A stretch of 63,214 bases of DNA, the filler included, from Choristocarpus tenellus KU-1152 (taxonomy: Eukaryota > Protista > Phaeophyceae): NCBI GenBank assembly GCA_964200185.2. It is 9 parts of 9 records of this genome, joined end to end, with 100 filler letters (N's around TTAATTAATTAA, not from the genome) between each part and the next. Parts side by side here need not be neighbours in the genome. Positions count along the whole stretch, not along the records: positions 12,156 to 16,480 come from CAXNAD020015109.1; positions 16,581 to 22,177 come from CAXNAD020010292.1; positions 22,278 to 37,800 come from CAXNAD020000980.1; 6 more parts are not named here. One strand, written 5' to 3'. Positions 12,156 through 25,200 of the stretch are shown here, in pieces (position 1 is the first letter of the stretch; every line of letters begins with the position of its first letter). The notes below the pieces were generated by a model, which saw nothing but the letters and a program-made list of their open reading frames with translations, was not told the DNA's origin and made no database searches. Position numbers and translations under genes: made by a program.

Positions 12156-15100
12156 CTTGCCAGCCAAGGTAACAAGCCTCTCCACGGAGCATGGACTTCT
12201 TTCATTGAGTATCTCATGAAATAACACTGAATTTACTTCACATCATCTTGGATTGAGCAACCAAGAATACTGAATCCACATCGCATCATTCTTGACGAAG
12301 AGATCAATGACCTCAGTTACAACAGAATAAACACATCGGTGCTTTGAAGCACAATCACATCTATCCATAACATAGACTACGCATATCACTCACTAATCAG
12401 TGTTTTGCAACACCATGATTCCTCATCGCTAGTAGTCTACGCATTTTGCTTACAAGTACGATGCATTTGATTCAGGCTTCAACAGTTTTCCCACTCACTC
12501 AAGGTGGTCGCTTCACAGGCACAGTTTGGCAAAGTCATCCCCATGTTCCTTGCACACCAATTCAATGAGTTCGCGAGAACCAATGCTGTGTAGTCTGGAT
12601 AGCTTCAGGATCTACTGAAACTCCTGGCCCATAGGCACACTGGTAATCATGTTCCTCATTCAGATTTCGTCCAACTCCAACAAGAGAACCAACAACTTTG
12701 GAGAGAGGTAACTCATCAGTGAGAAGGGAAGCAACCCTGACCCGATCCTCAGCTTGGTTGTTGACAAGTACAGTACACCTGTGAGAGCTCTTTGCACTGG
12801 CTATTAAGCGTTATGACCCCATCACCTACCTCATCATTCAGAGTCCCCAGTTACGCTCTATCATCACGTTGACATAGAGCAGAGTATGTCACAAAATAGT
12901 TTTTGCCAATACCCTGGTTGCCAGGCGACCACTCAACCCAGTTGTCCCTGCACAATCCAGATGGTACACTTGTATGCTGTTCTTACAACCTGATCATGAG
13001 GATAGACAGCCAGTTGCTGGAATCTATTATCCTCGTCTGTAGGGACGCCCACAGGGACTTGACTCTTGCCCAGTTGGGAATCAGTATGGTGTAGTTGGTT
13101 GACACCATCTTACGGAGTGCACCTATCCAACCGATGAAAAGAGAGTCGGCATTACTTGGTTGGCGTATCGACATCATATGCATTAGAATCTATTAGGGTA
13201 ATAACGTTCCATCCCACTACCTTTTACATATAGTATGATATATTTTTATGAATCATGTGATTCTGTGGCAGCCTGGTTCACTCAGGTAAGGGTGGTGAAG
13301 AGAATCACTGGGCTAGAAGGACCGAGACGAACAAAGACAAACCGTAACTGAGAGGACAAGGTTAAGGTCGGACAAGTGCAAGACTGCAAGGACTTCCAGA
13401 AAAACTGTGGAGTGACTAGTGATGAGAATATTACGAGAGGGGAATCATCACAAAATTTCCTAAGTAATGCACATCTCTGGTTATAGGGATATGTATTACC
13501 TGTAGGATAGGTTTCTTGTACAAAAATCCCCACCTCAATTATTTGGAAGATTCTCCAATGGAATCAGAAAAACCTGTCAAGGAAACCTCAATCGGTACAT
13601 TGGTATAACAGTATATGGCATACGGCAATAATGGTATAACAACAGACAAGCATGGTTTCCACATCACTCCCCCTTCTGATCGGCCTTGAAGCCATGTAAA
13701 CATGATTCAAGGTCAACCAAAAGTGAGCTCTGGGAGCGAAATGGAAAACATGTGTGACTGTTGTATACTATTGCACCATTGTATTACACAACTTTATTGA
13801 TACAAAATGGAGTGTGTAATATATTAATGAGGCACATAATGAATATCTGATTGGGATAACATTAGTTTAAGGTTGATGGTGTGCGGTCAGCACACTAATC
13901 AAGCTTATGAGGTCTGCGAGTATAGGATCAGCATATCAATCAGCCTAAGGACGAGGTGAGAGGTACATGTGGCTAGCATATAGGGTCTCTATTATCTTGT
14001 ATAAAACAGAGGATACTCAGAATGGGGATATGAGGAACAAATGCTATACGATGTCAATAAACGATTTGGCTAGCATTTGTGATTCAACATTGCTATACAG
14101 GTGTTATTCGATGATTTGATCACCACTCCGATGCATGAAAACAACATCGCGTGTTACATGACCAAATCAAAACAGCAAACGATGAGATCAAATGTGTGCA
14201 CCCACTCTCCTTTCTCAATTCTGACATCGATTGGAATATTGCTCACGACAACTGCAACAATCCAAGTGGACAACTCAGACGTACAATGTTGGTGGCTCAA
14301 CTCTCCTAAAACAATATGAGTTGACTGTACGGTCATTACATCATGTCGGGGGGATCATGCCACTTAAAATAAACAAATAACATGTATGACTCACCTGAAG
14401 TTTCCATCTCTTACCTAGTGGTAGAGTTGAATCATTTTATTTTTTTAATGGGGTTAGTCATTTCATGATGATCAATAAATCAATTCATGAAAACGTGACA
14501 TGATGTAATGAACAGCCACCTCTAGCACAAAAGTGCTAATATGCTAATATGCCTGGTGATATAGTCTCTTCACCACCGCATGTGTCCACTCGTGCAAACA
14601 GTTGAGAGTTGAGAGATAAAATTAGTTGTATTATTAATTTATTTAAATCCACCAACATTTATGTAGTCTATTTGCAAGGATTGATAAACCTGGTAAACAC
14701 GAGATGCCAAGTCAGACCTGGTCATCAACAGGTTAACTGATATCTGTTACCAGTTATCTCAACTGTTACCAGTTATCTCATCTCTTCACAAAACGATAGA
14801 CTATACCCATCTATGACAAAATGACACACAAACGATTTGTCTAAACTAGATGGTCAACTTATGTAAAGGATTATGGGATGTGGGTACCATGAGATCTCGC
14901 CAAGACACACAAGTCACAAAAACAAATAAATAAAGCACAGAATTAAACAGATAAACAAAAATAGTAAGGGTCTGTACTACACATATACACAATAATCTCT
15001 TTACTCAAACAATATGTTACAATATTACAGCAATGCATGATATACAGACTATGCAAAGGAGAATGACAACAGTAAATACGAATTATCAAGTCAACACTGT

Positions 15101-15181
15101 GTGGGACAAGAATTATTACTGGCTATCCAATCAATTTACTGCATAATATGCTGCAATCTCTTCACGGCATTGTGGGATCTA

Positions 15182-16183
15182 TTATATTTTTTTGTGAAGA
15201 TCACACGACGGTCCATAGCCACAAAGACGAAGGCGATAGATAACATTAGTGGACGAATGACAACCAGGACCAGGTCTTTGTACAACAATGCTATCAATAG
15301 TGTATTGGCCAATAACAGGTTGAGAGATTTGATGGTTTACATCCGGTAAAGGTAATGGTTTTCCCAGAAACAAATAATCTAGTTCATTCAAATCTGATGT
15401 GGGAGGTTGGACTTGAGGATAGTAATGCTTCATTCTACCCAGATGAACAGAAAATGAACATGGGTTTCCAGATAGTACTACCCTGTATACGATGAGTCAT
15501 ACCTTAGAATGTACTTACTTCATACGCACCCCTCGAAGGGTGAAGTAACTTCGGATTTGGACCATCAGTACTCTCATGTGGCCTATGGACTAGAACTTGA
15601 TCACCAGATACGAAAACGGGGAACACGAGACGTTAGTTGACACGCTCCTGATTTTTAACGTGTTCAAGGAGGTTACAACGTGGTAACTCAAATGCAAGCT
15701 GTAAAATATCTTTGGTTTGCTGAGTAAACTCTTCAGTAGTGAAATCTGAATCAACATTAGATGAAGCAAGGACAATATCAACAGGTAAACGAACTTGTCT
15801 TCCAAACAGAAGGAAAAACGGATCTTCATGCAACTTTGCACTGAACACTGTGTTAAGGGCTAACTGTACGAAAGGCAGTAATGGTGCCCAGTTATCCTCA
15901 GCAACAGAGATATACATAGCTAGCATAGAATGCAACGTAGCATGTGCCCTCTCTAACATAGAATTTCCTTGGGGGTGATACGGTGTGGTTTTGGTTTTCT
16001 TGTAACCAAAGACAGACTGCAACTCTGCAACAATACTGTTTTCAAATTCGGTACCTTGATTGGAGTGTAACGACTCAGGTGGGTCAAAAATTGAAAATAC
16101 ACGTTCTACCATTGTACGAGCAATCGTTGCGTCCTCTTTATTTGGAACAGGGCTCAGCACAACAAAACGAGCGAGGTGGGCAA
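15182..16183 (-). mobile_element. Ty3/Gypsy LTR-retrotransposon integrase remnant with GPY/F module and chromodomain-like tail
   Basis: rve core ...PESLHSNQGTEFENS...TTPYHPQGNSMLER...NWAPLLPFVQLALN...PFFLLFGR. Then, past the ORF stop, GDQVLV...PKLLHPSRGAYEV (GPY/F-like), VHLGRMKHY and YTIDSIV...YRLRLCGYGPSCD (chromodomain-like). 5'-truncated and interrupted by stops. Confidence 0.85.
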
Positions 16184-16431
16184 TAGCTAGGAGGCAGAAG
16201 AGGTAGGAGAGAATTAAAGGAAACAGGAGGTAGGTGGAAGCGTAAGGTAGGAAGGGATGGATCAGATATAAGGAAAACTTGAGTTTAGTGGGACAGGACA
16301 AGCAGAGGGCTAGAACAAGGCAACCTCCGAGCAATCTTTCATGGCGTACAACAAAGAGATAATGAGTCTGAGAAACGTACTTCAATGTGGGGTGGATTTA
16401 TGGTAAGAATGGACAAGAGAAGGGGTTAGAA

Positions 16432-16480
16432 GACCCAAAGTATCTTGGGGGGGGGGGGGATCTACACCAGGGTGTCCATT
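16432..16480 (+). mobile_element. MITE family A, left end (cut by contig end)
   Basis: gacccaaagtatct-(G)n-tctacaccagggtgtccatt matches the full copy at 45273-45457. Confidence 0.75.
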
Positions 16481-16580
16481 NNNNNNNNNNNNNNNNNNNN
16501 NNNNNNNNNNNNNNNNNNNNNNNNTTAATTAATTAANNNNNNNNNNNNNNNNNNNNNNNNNNNNNNNNNNNNNNNNNNNN
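16481..16580. other. Artificial contig-joining spacer
   Basis: Same 44N-TTAATTAATTAA-44N structure. Confidence 0.97.
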
Positions 16581-16772
16581 CAGACATGGACCAGTGCAGT
16601 ACCCAGTGGACATAGTCCGGACATGTTAGAGAATGGCAGACCTGGTCCGGCCATCAGACATGGACCAGTGCAGTACCCAATGGATATAGTCTGGACATGT
16701 TAGAGAATCTTTGACCCGATTCGGGCATCGGGCATGGACCGGTTCAACCCCTAGTGGACATGGACCAGGACT
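16581..16772 (+). repeat. 74-bp minisatellite, about 2.6 copies
   Basis: cagacatggaccagtgcagtaccca...gttagagaat at 16581 and 16655, degenerate third copy at 16729. Confidence 0.8.
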
Positions 16773-19700
16773 GGTTCGTTCGGTGGATGGGAATATTTTT
16801 CATTTTGCTGGCCTGGTAAAAAAGTCCCATTTTTTTTTCTTTTCAATTTTAGATATAGATAAAAACCCATTCTTCATCATGCCCTAGAGCTATGTAAATA
16901 TGATTCTTAAAAAAAAAATTAGTAAATATATTAATACCCATCATCTATATGAAAAGGTAGAAAAGCCTATAGAATTTTTTAGAGAAGATGATCCAGATAT
17001 TCCTGAGATAACTATTCCGATATTCGAATCTTAACCGTAAAGTGTTCATGAACGTGTTTTTGATTTAAAAAAATATATATATATAATCTTTACATCTGAA
17101 TCTTTAGTTGGTTGGAAAGTGTCAAGAACAGATTTCGAAGGAGAAGAAAAAAAAATCTGTTTCTCGTTTGATGTAGTGCTTGACCAAAATCTCAATTCGA
17201 GGGTGTTGATGTTCAACGTATTCTAGAATGTTTCTACCCTGGAGAAAGGGTATAATAAACAGGTCAATCCATGGAGTCAGTGCATTCTAAAATAAAATAA
17301 AAAATCCCCAAAAGTTTCTCCCGGCGCACAGCTTTTTCTTCCCCTTTCATACATTCTAAGAAAAAGGGTATTTACATTACCTAACCCTATCTCTAACCCA
17401 AACTCTAAACATTGGATTTGGGAGTGTTTCTTGCTGTCAAAGTAAGTAGTAATGCCACCATTTCTGCCTACCTACTGAAGTGCATATCTTCACCTCCAAC
17501 CCTAACCCCTAGAAGAATGGTCAAGTCGATGTTTGCAGATTTATTTCTGGGCATGAAATATCTCATAGTAACCCTAACCCTAACCCCAAGCCTGACCTCA
17601 ATCCTTCCAGACCAATGTACTTGATGTAACAGATTTATTTCGGAGTGTGTTCTCAGGCATTTTTTCAAGCACTGCATTATTCCATCTTAAAACACTGTCT
17701 CAGACAGGGTAAATATGGCCGACCAGGTAGCTTTGACCCTTCTTCACAAGGAACAGACAGTGCTAACCCTAACCCTATATCAACAACATGAATGCATATG
17801 CTGTCTCAATAATAGTATCGCATGTATGGAGGCATAATTTTGAAGATTTTCGCGATGGCATGGTTTATAACAAGAAAAGCGTTCCCCACACCCTTGAATG
17901 GCCTGCATAGAGATGCACAGAACAGGTATTAAGGTTAAACATACACATATATATATATATTGTGTAGTCCTTTGGTTGGCAGGGAGCTATTGACAGCATC
18001 TGAAGAGGAATCACTGTGGGAACACTGAAACCTAAAGGTTCAAATTTTCAACACATGTAAGGACCTGAGAAGTCACAACCTCACACAGTGATTTGTCTTG
18101 CAACAAGTTCTTCAAATCAAAATTGAGTATTACCTAGTAGATCACATTTCATTGGTTACTGGGTATCAACCTTGGGTATCTAAACCCTTGTTCAGAGTGG
18201 TTTGAATTGCGGAAAAGACACTTTCAGATGTGGAAATATGAACAACACCAGGAACGTTTAACAGAAGAAAGGTGAAGATACAGTAATTGCAAACAAACGT
18301 GATCTCCTTGACCAGACCATGCACCATGAAAGAGGCAGATATTGCAGGAACAATGATATTTTACACTTGTGTACCTATTAACCAGGCGATAACCCTGGTA
18401 GTTGACTAGATGTCGGCGACCAAGTATTGGCGATTGTTCTTTCGAGCGTACACAATCTATTTCTTGTTCTCTGACGCCACTTATTATCACAGATATAACA
18501 CCTTAAGAGCAATGTGGAGTGGAAAAATCAATGATGTAATCATAAAAATAACATTGCCAGTACATGATATTAATACAGATGACGTTGTTTGTCGTAACAT
18601 TGTGAACTACATGTATTTGAAAGGTTAAAGGATGAAGGCATCTATTAATGCGTGCCGAAATAATACCATTAATGGTGGTGCTGACAATGTCGTACTTCGA
18701 ACATAATCACAAAGTTACATGTGTGTGTGAGAGAGAGTGCGCTCAAAAGCAGAAATGTTGTTCATAAGAAATTTGATTAATGTATATATTTAGGGATATG
18801 CACACGCTGTCGTCTGTTTAGTACAAGCTGCTTGGTCAGGTTGATGCATAGTGTACAGACCTGTATCAACCTCTGTCAGGTATTAGTAGCTATGCGTGAG
18901 AATGCACTTTGGTGGGTTCGATGTCGCAAGAGAGGTGATGTACACTGTGCCTCGCACAAGGTGGCGACATCATTTCTGAAAGTATTCATGGCGAACATGT
19001 TATTGCCAAAGACTTGAGGAGTGTCTGGAAGTGCTCGTACCTATCCAAGAAAAAGTGCATCCGACCAACTACGATATCGTAATCCTCTGATTCATTTCAA
19101 TGATGCAAACACTTGATTTTAGGTTGCTAGATGATCGCACTTATTGGTAGATGTTGCATATGATAAAGGAAAATACTAGATCCTTAAGATAGCAACCTCA
19201 TTTGTCATAGATACTATCTGTTTCCAACCCAAGGCATATCCAATGCAAAAAAGAAAGTACTTCCAAGAAAGGGTAATAGATGCCTTAGCCACCGTGGATA
19301 AGAGGTGTTGATTTCGGAAGTAGATTTCGTTAGGATCATTGATGGAGAATACAAAACGTTGATGAGAAGGGCGTCACAAGCTGAAAGCTCACATTATGTC
19401 TTCAACTGGAATGAGCGCTGGACCTGACAGGGGTGCTGCAACTTCCACCACACTGTTCCCACAAACTCCAGGTTCAGCACTGACTAGTGTTATCTCGACG
19501 CAGATGTGATATTGAAGTTGAGGGTAAGTCCAGCCAGGTCGTCGTCACAGGACGGCTTAATCATGTATGGTATGAGAAGGGTCAACTATCATACTATATC
19601 ACACATCTATGGATCATGACATGCTCTGGTTTACAAAATACTCTCAAGGCTGCGGCGCAATATTGTTCATCCGAACGAATAGTTCGGCTTAATATAAAAG

Positions 19701-21518
19701 CCCGAACCATTATATTCCTGTGATAAACAAATGAACGTTGATGGTTCCTGTATTGTGAAGGTAAAACAACAGGGTAGAGTGTTGGAAGATATGCTGAAGA
19801 GAGGGTCGTTCGTCCTTGCCAAGGTCGCATTGCCTAGGAAAAGATGGGGAGGATCGGCTGCGGTTCCCATTTTGTTCCAGTTGTCGGTACCATCCAGGCA
19901 AGAAGGATGCCAGAATTCTTCTCAACCCTGGCATCGCCATTTTGGAGGCGGAAGGTAGGATATCATCTATGTCGATCGTTCTCCAAGTAGTGAAATAAGG
20001 GAAGATTTTGGTCAGAGAATGCCATCGCGTCACTGTTTTGCACTGTGCAACCTCGACTCAGAGTTTTGTCTAGTTTTTAGTGGAACGGTGGTGGAGGCGT
20101 GTTAAGACATGATCAGCGTGGACGCTAGGGCAATATTCCAGCAGGAAGTCAAGTGAAAGGGTAATAGGAAGCGTATTTCGTGACTATGCATATCTCTCTC
20201 ACACCACTTTCCGTCAACCCTCGCAGCTCTCAACCCCGTAAATATATTCATTGTCCGACATGTTTAGGGTAGCAACAGGGTCAGGTTGGGTTGTAAGCCA
20301 AAGGTTTATTGCATCGTAAATATGCGAAATTTTAGGTATACTGTTCATGCAGTTCTTGCTTATTCTCTATTGCACTAAAGTTAGAGATATCCATGAGTTT
20401 CTATTGCGATATACCAATATACGTACAGGGACACTCAACTACAATTTCCCTGCTCCCTTCCCATTGCCCACGGCCCGAACAGCGTCCTCGAGCAAAGAGG
20501 CGAGGGTGCAGGGCAGTTCGGGAACAATGATGACTCTTCTAACACAGGTGGGGGGTCAGGATTCCTGTGACGTACCCTTTCTTCTCCTCGTATCCGTTGT
20601 ACTTGACATTGCAGGCAACACCAGTCACGTTGCAGATAATACGTTGCAGCTGAAGTCCACTACGTACGCATTTTATGTATGGCATATTTGTTTATGTGAT
20701 GTTGTCATTCTTTATCAGGTATAGCCTTGCAGTACCTGATAAAGCCTGTAGCCTGTATTTTGAAGAGTATTCAGAGCACCTGTGAAGGCTTACTTCAACT
20801 CCCTTTCCTGGTGTGGTTGTGATCCTTTTTTCGTAGTGTTTTGACCCAAGAAACAGACGGAGATAAAAAAAAAACTTACAAACAACGTACCGTGTCCCTA
20901 GAAACATCAAAAAAGAGCTCTTGCATAGTTTGTCTCAGGTACGCACTACGTGAGGAAAGAGTGAAGCTGTGATTTAAGAGTAGAGGAACATGATGTTCAT
21001 TCCTTTTTTTGTCCACTGTACCTTAATTCTGTCATTCCATCAAATAGAAGTCACGCAGTGCAGCATCTCACCCGTTGCTTTTTTAGATGTAAAGATGATT
21101 GGTACCTGATTGATGAAAGACTTGGTCGGGATGAAGATTTCTTTTTTTTGGTTTGAGGCTTTATCAGTGAGATACCTAATTGATTTAATGAAAGGGAGTT
21201 GTAGAAAGTGCTGGGATGTTCCAGTACTATAGTATATTCCGTTGAATTTCAACATTTGGGTTTTATTTTACATTTTTTATTTTTTCTATTCTCGGAGAAC
21301 TTTCCGAGAACATGTTTATCAGCTCATGTTACTATATACACACATTACTTGGATGTGTGCATGAGTACTTTGTTCTGGTTGCACTGTAGTGGGAAGTTCT
21401 GAATAAAATATGTAAACGCCTGGATATTTTATGTACTACAGGTTTTGCAGTGATTTTCAAGTACCTCTGATGAAACCGATGTTCAAAAATTTGCGGCATG
21501 AACTACAAAGTATACATC

Positions 21519-21635
21519 AACTCTTTACATCGCGTTTAACTCTTTACATCGCGTTTAACTCTTTACATCGCGTTTAACTCTTCACATCGTGTTTAACTCT
21601 TTACATCGCGTTTAACTCTTTACATCGCGTTTAAC
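21519..21635 (+). repeat. 19-bp minisatellite, 6 copies
   Basis: Unit aactctttacatcgcgttt; five identical copies and one with two substitutions. Confidence 0.95.
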
Positions 21636-21777
21636 GTTTTGTTCTTCGACCGCGCTTCACTTGGAATTAGTTCTAACGCGTTGGCCATTGCCTGTTAGGG
21701 TTAGGGTTATTTAGTTTTGGTCGAAACTGCTTCATGTTCAACGCACGCACGCAAAAAAATAAAATAAAAATGAAGCA

Positions 21778-21933
21778 GACTCAAAGCATCTGGTGGGGGG
21801 CAGGGGGTGGGGGGGGGGGGGGGGGGGCACCCCAAAGGGTCCTTTGGGCCACANNNNNNNNNNTTATGTTAAAGAAACGCCAGCCGAAAATAAGAAAACA
21901 GAAAGAGAAAAAAAAAAGAAAAGAGGGGGGGCA

Positions 21934-21985
<52 letters not shown>

Positions 21986-22120
21986 CTACACCAAGTGTCC
22001 ATTCGGACCAATACCAGGAGAAGTGAACTTTACATTACCCATCCGACCTATGCAACCTAATCACACAAAAATCACGACAAGGAAAAATGGAACCCGAACG
22101 GATAACCCCCCCCCCCCCCC
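21778..22120 (+). mobile_element. MITE family A, degenerate or low-quality copy
   Basis: gactcaaagcatctgg start, poly-G, then tctacaccaagtgtccattcgg...ttacattacccatccgacctatgcaacctaatcac aligning with the 45273-45457 copy; includes a 10-N gap. Confidence 0.6.
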
Positions 22121-22177
22121 ACGCCACCTTCGAGGACCACTCAACCACGCAAACCGCACACACACAAACTATACTGA

Positions 22178-22277
22178 NNNNNNNNNNNNNNNNNNNNNNN
22201 NNNNNNNNNNNNNNNNNNNNNTTAATTAATTAANNNNNNNNNNNNNNNNNNNNNNNNNNNNNNNNNNNNNNNNNNNN
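22178..22277. other. Artificial contig-joining spacer
   Basis: Same structure; it supplies the false stop codon of the 1478-aa ORF. Confidence 0.97.
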
Positions 22278-25200
22278 GTCTCCTACCCCTTGCCCCTTCA
22301 ATGGATTGCACTGGAAGTGCTGCCCTGCCCACCCCAATTGCATCAAACCGTCAGTCAGCAGAACTACCTCGTAGTACCACCTCCCTTTAGAAAATTCATT
22401 TCCTAAACCAATGGAAGAAAGCCTAATCGATGGAAAATGAGCGACAGCCCGAGCTTTGTACCCCTCCACCATAACCTCACCCCCGAGAACTTGTAGTACT
22501 GGATGAGGGTGGGAGAGGATCCCCAATACATCTTGCCACATTTGATCACTGTCTTGTCTTCCTTCATGTCCAATTCTCTGTGTCCTGGAGTTATTCCCGC
22601 TAATTGAACTTATCCTCTCCCAAACAACCTGAGATGCACCCTGGAGTTCACTAATGCAGCTTGACATTTCACCATAGTGACTGAGGTACGATACCAGTAT
22701 GGCAACGGCAGGCATGTGCATGGCTGCAATACTTCCGTTGCAACCGACTGCAATATTTGGGGCGGACGACAAGCATGTTGCTGCTAGTGCAAGAAGCGGG
22801 GGGAAAAGCCTTCCTCGTACTATTGCAAGTGCCTGATCAGACCAGGAGGACTGCACAGATATAGCCCGCAGCATTCGACAACGCAAGTGGGCGGTCACTA
22901 GTGTTGCAATGGTCGTGTTATAGTTGCCTACATCCCTGTTTTGTGGAGTAAGGTTCTCATCAACCCTGTTTGCTTTGATCTCAGGATTGTGCCATCGGGA
23001 AGAAGTTGGTAGTGAAGGACCTCCACATGTGGAGGGTTTGACAACCTTCGAGTCAGAGGAAGAAGAAAATCTTCCAGCTGGGGTCAACCTTGGCTGAGTT
23101 GTAATCAACGTCATAACAGCTGGCATTGATGCCCCAGAAAGCAAAAACGGCACCTTTGGCACCCTGACATCGGTCTCAGTCATAACTTGTTCTGCTGGGG
23201 AAGATATTATGAGCAACTTTCCTACACGCCACACAGGCAATGCCACGCCATGCTTCTGACCATGGAAAGGTAAAGCATTTGAGTCCTGGCCTCCTCGCAT
23301 ATGGCTTTCCTCAGCAAGTGACTGCTTTGAGTCAATCCTCCTTTGCACTTCAATGCAGCTCTCATACTCTGCGTCAATAGCGACAAGTACCATACCCATT
23401 GAGCTGGATGAAAGGAGCGGTTCGTAAACATCCTCCCTGTAGCGTCTGAGTTGATCATTGCACAGAAAACCCATCAATGTGCCTCTACAAGGGCACTTTA
23501 CTGCCGCCATGCTGGTACTTCTTCCCATGTATGTTACCTCCTTTGCCTTGCCTGGATTCGTATCTTTCTTTCTTTCTTCATCATCTTTTTTGCCACTATT
23601 CCCTATTCCATCACTGCATGGAGGATTTGGTCTCCAGTCATCAACCTTTGGCATCACAACCACCCTAGCACCCACTCGGAGACCATCAATATGGCCTCCA
23701 GCAAGGTAGATTGCGGAAGTAGCAGCCCATAGCCACAAGCTGGGCATGTGTTGTTCCTTCATAAGCTGACGACTTTCTTTGGAGCTAATTGACTTGTAGA
23801 TATCCTTGGCGTCGATGGCAGCAACTCCCTTGGCCAGGACTTCGAAAAGGGGGTCACGCCAATGTGTCAATGGATGATGTACTAGAGTTCGTAGAAGTAA
23901 CACGAGTTCTGATGCCACTGAGAAGTTCTTGCCGTAGGTGGGGGAAAATCCACGATCTTTAGCTCGTCCATCGCCAGCATTAGTCACTCCAGTCATCTTT
24001 GAAAGCAAGGATTCTGCTATACAAAAAATGGATGGGACTTCACACTGAACACTAGAATGCCCTACTGAGTCTCCTTTCTCACTCCTAGAATCAAGGGTCA
24101 ATGGCAAAAAGCATGACCAACCTATCAATAAACAGAGCTGTTTAACAATATCCAGGGGTCCAAGATCCTCAGTGGCAACGTCCTCCACTGCATTAGTTGG
24201 TGGAGAAGGGTCAGATGAGGTGAAGTGTGTTCTAGGATAAGAGAGTAGGTGCCGGAGGAGTCTCACTATGATACGGTTGGCATTCTGTCCTGTGACCGAG
24301 ATGAGACTTATCCATAGAACAAGTCGTTGTGGAGAAGATAGGAGTTCCCTTGAACGCCTGCTGGAGACCGCCAAGGCGAAAATGAGGGACACAATCCGTG
24401 TTGCATAGCAATCTGCTGCAAGGTATCTTTCCTGCACTTGGCTCGGAGCACCGTTGTCTGCCATGGCCCCTGCTTGTTTGATAGAAACATCACGAGTGTG
24501 CCAACTTAAATCTCTTACCAACGGACATGTTTTCTCCAGCTGGGCGGAAGAATTGTATGCAGATGCAGGGATTCCACTCCTACTTGTCTCTTCACCATCG
24601 CCTTCAACTCCAGTTTGATACTCTGTGGGAATTTGTAAGTGGAACTCCTGGTCATCACAGTTCAACACAGTGGGCATGGGCAGGAACTTTCTGTTGGCAA
24701 CCTTTCCATTTACAATAATTAGCATCTCGGGTGCACTCTCTCCTGAAGTTGAGTTAGACAGACCCCATTTCACAGGTTCCTTTTTGCCTGCTGGTGAGTA
24801 TGTGCAGCACACATGCACCCACTGCTCTTCTGGAAGAGGAACCAGTATGCTCTCTCTCCCACATGCAGAGTGTAACATGGACTCTTGACTGGCTTGGAGT
24901 ATCTCCTCATTTTCTGATTCGTTTCTGTTGAGACTTACTGGTCTGAGACCTACCCCCTGCTGTTCATGGCGACTCTCAGACGCAATAGTCCCAAAGCTAG
25001 CACCCTGATATGGGTTATTGCCAGGTTCGTTGCTTGGTCTGTTGCTATGATCTTGAACCCTTTGAGTAGTCTCATTCTCTTGCTCTGTTGCTTGCTGGCG
25101 CATTGCAAACTCCAGATGGAGTAAACCATTTGCTTGTTTATGGCCTTCATTCTGTTGTTCGGACCCTAAACGCACCAAAAATACCCCTGCACACCCACTG

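Noticed and set aside
16184-16385. Hydrophobic N-terminus fused to the integrase in the 250-aa ORF
   Set aside because: Non-ATG start, pyrimidine-rich, no integrase similarity; chance read-through past the truncation point.
18224-20300. Possible decayed retroelement (chromodomain-like RQYLV/VNYQGY words, gag-like fragments)
   Set aside because: Motifs too short and spread over frames to support a call without a translated search.
21519-21635. Possible CRISPR or iteron array
   Set aside because: Contiguous 19-bp units with no spacers and no rep gene.
21790-21985. Long poly-G tracts and poly-Gly/Pro ORFs (also poly-C at 7214-7247)
   Set aside because: Homopolymer runs, the former next to an N gap; probably low-quality or inflated sequence.
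22230-22277. Stop codon and C-terminus of the 1478-aa ORF
   Set aside because: The stop comes from the synthetic linker; the SPRY domain is cut mid-way.
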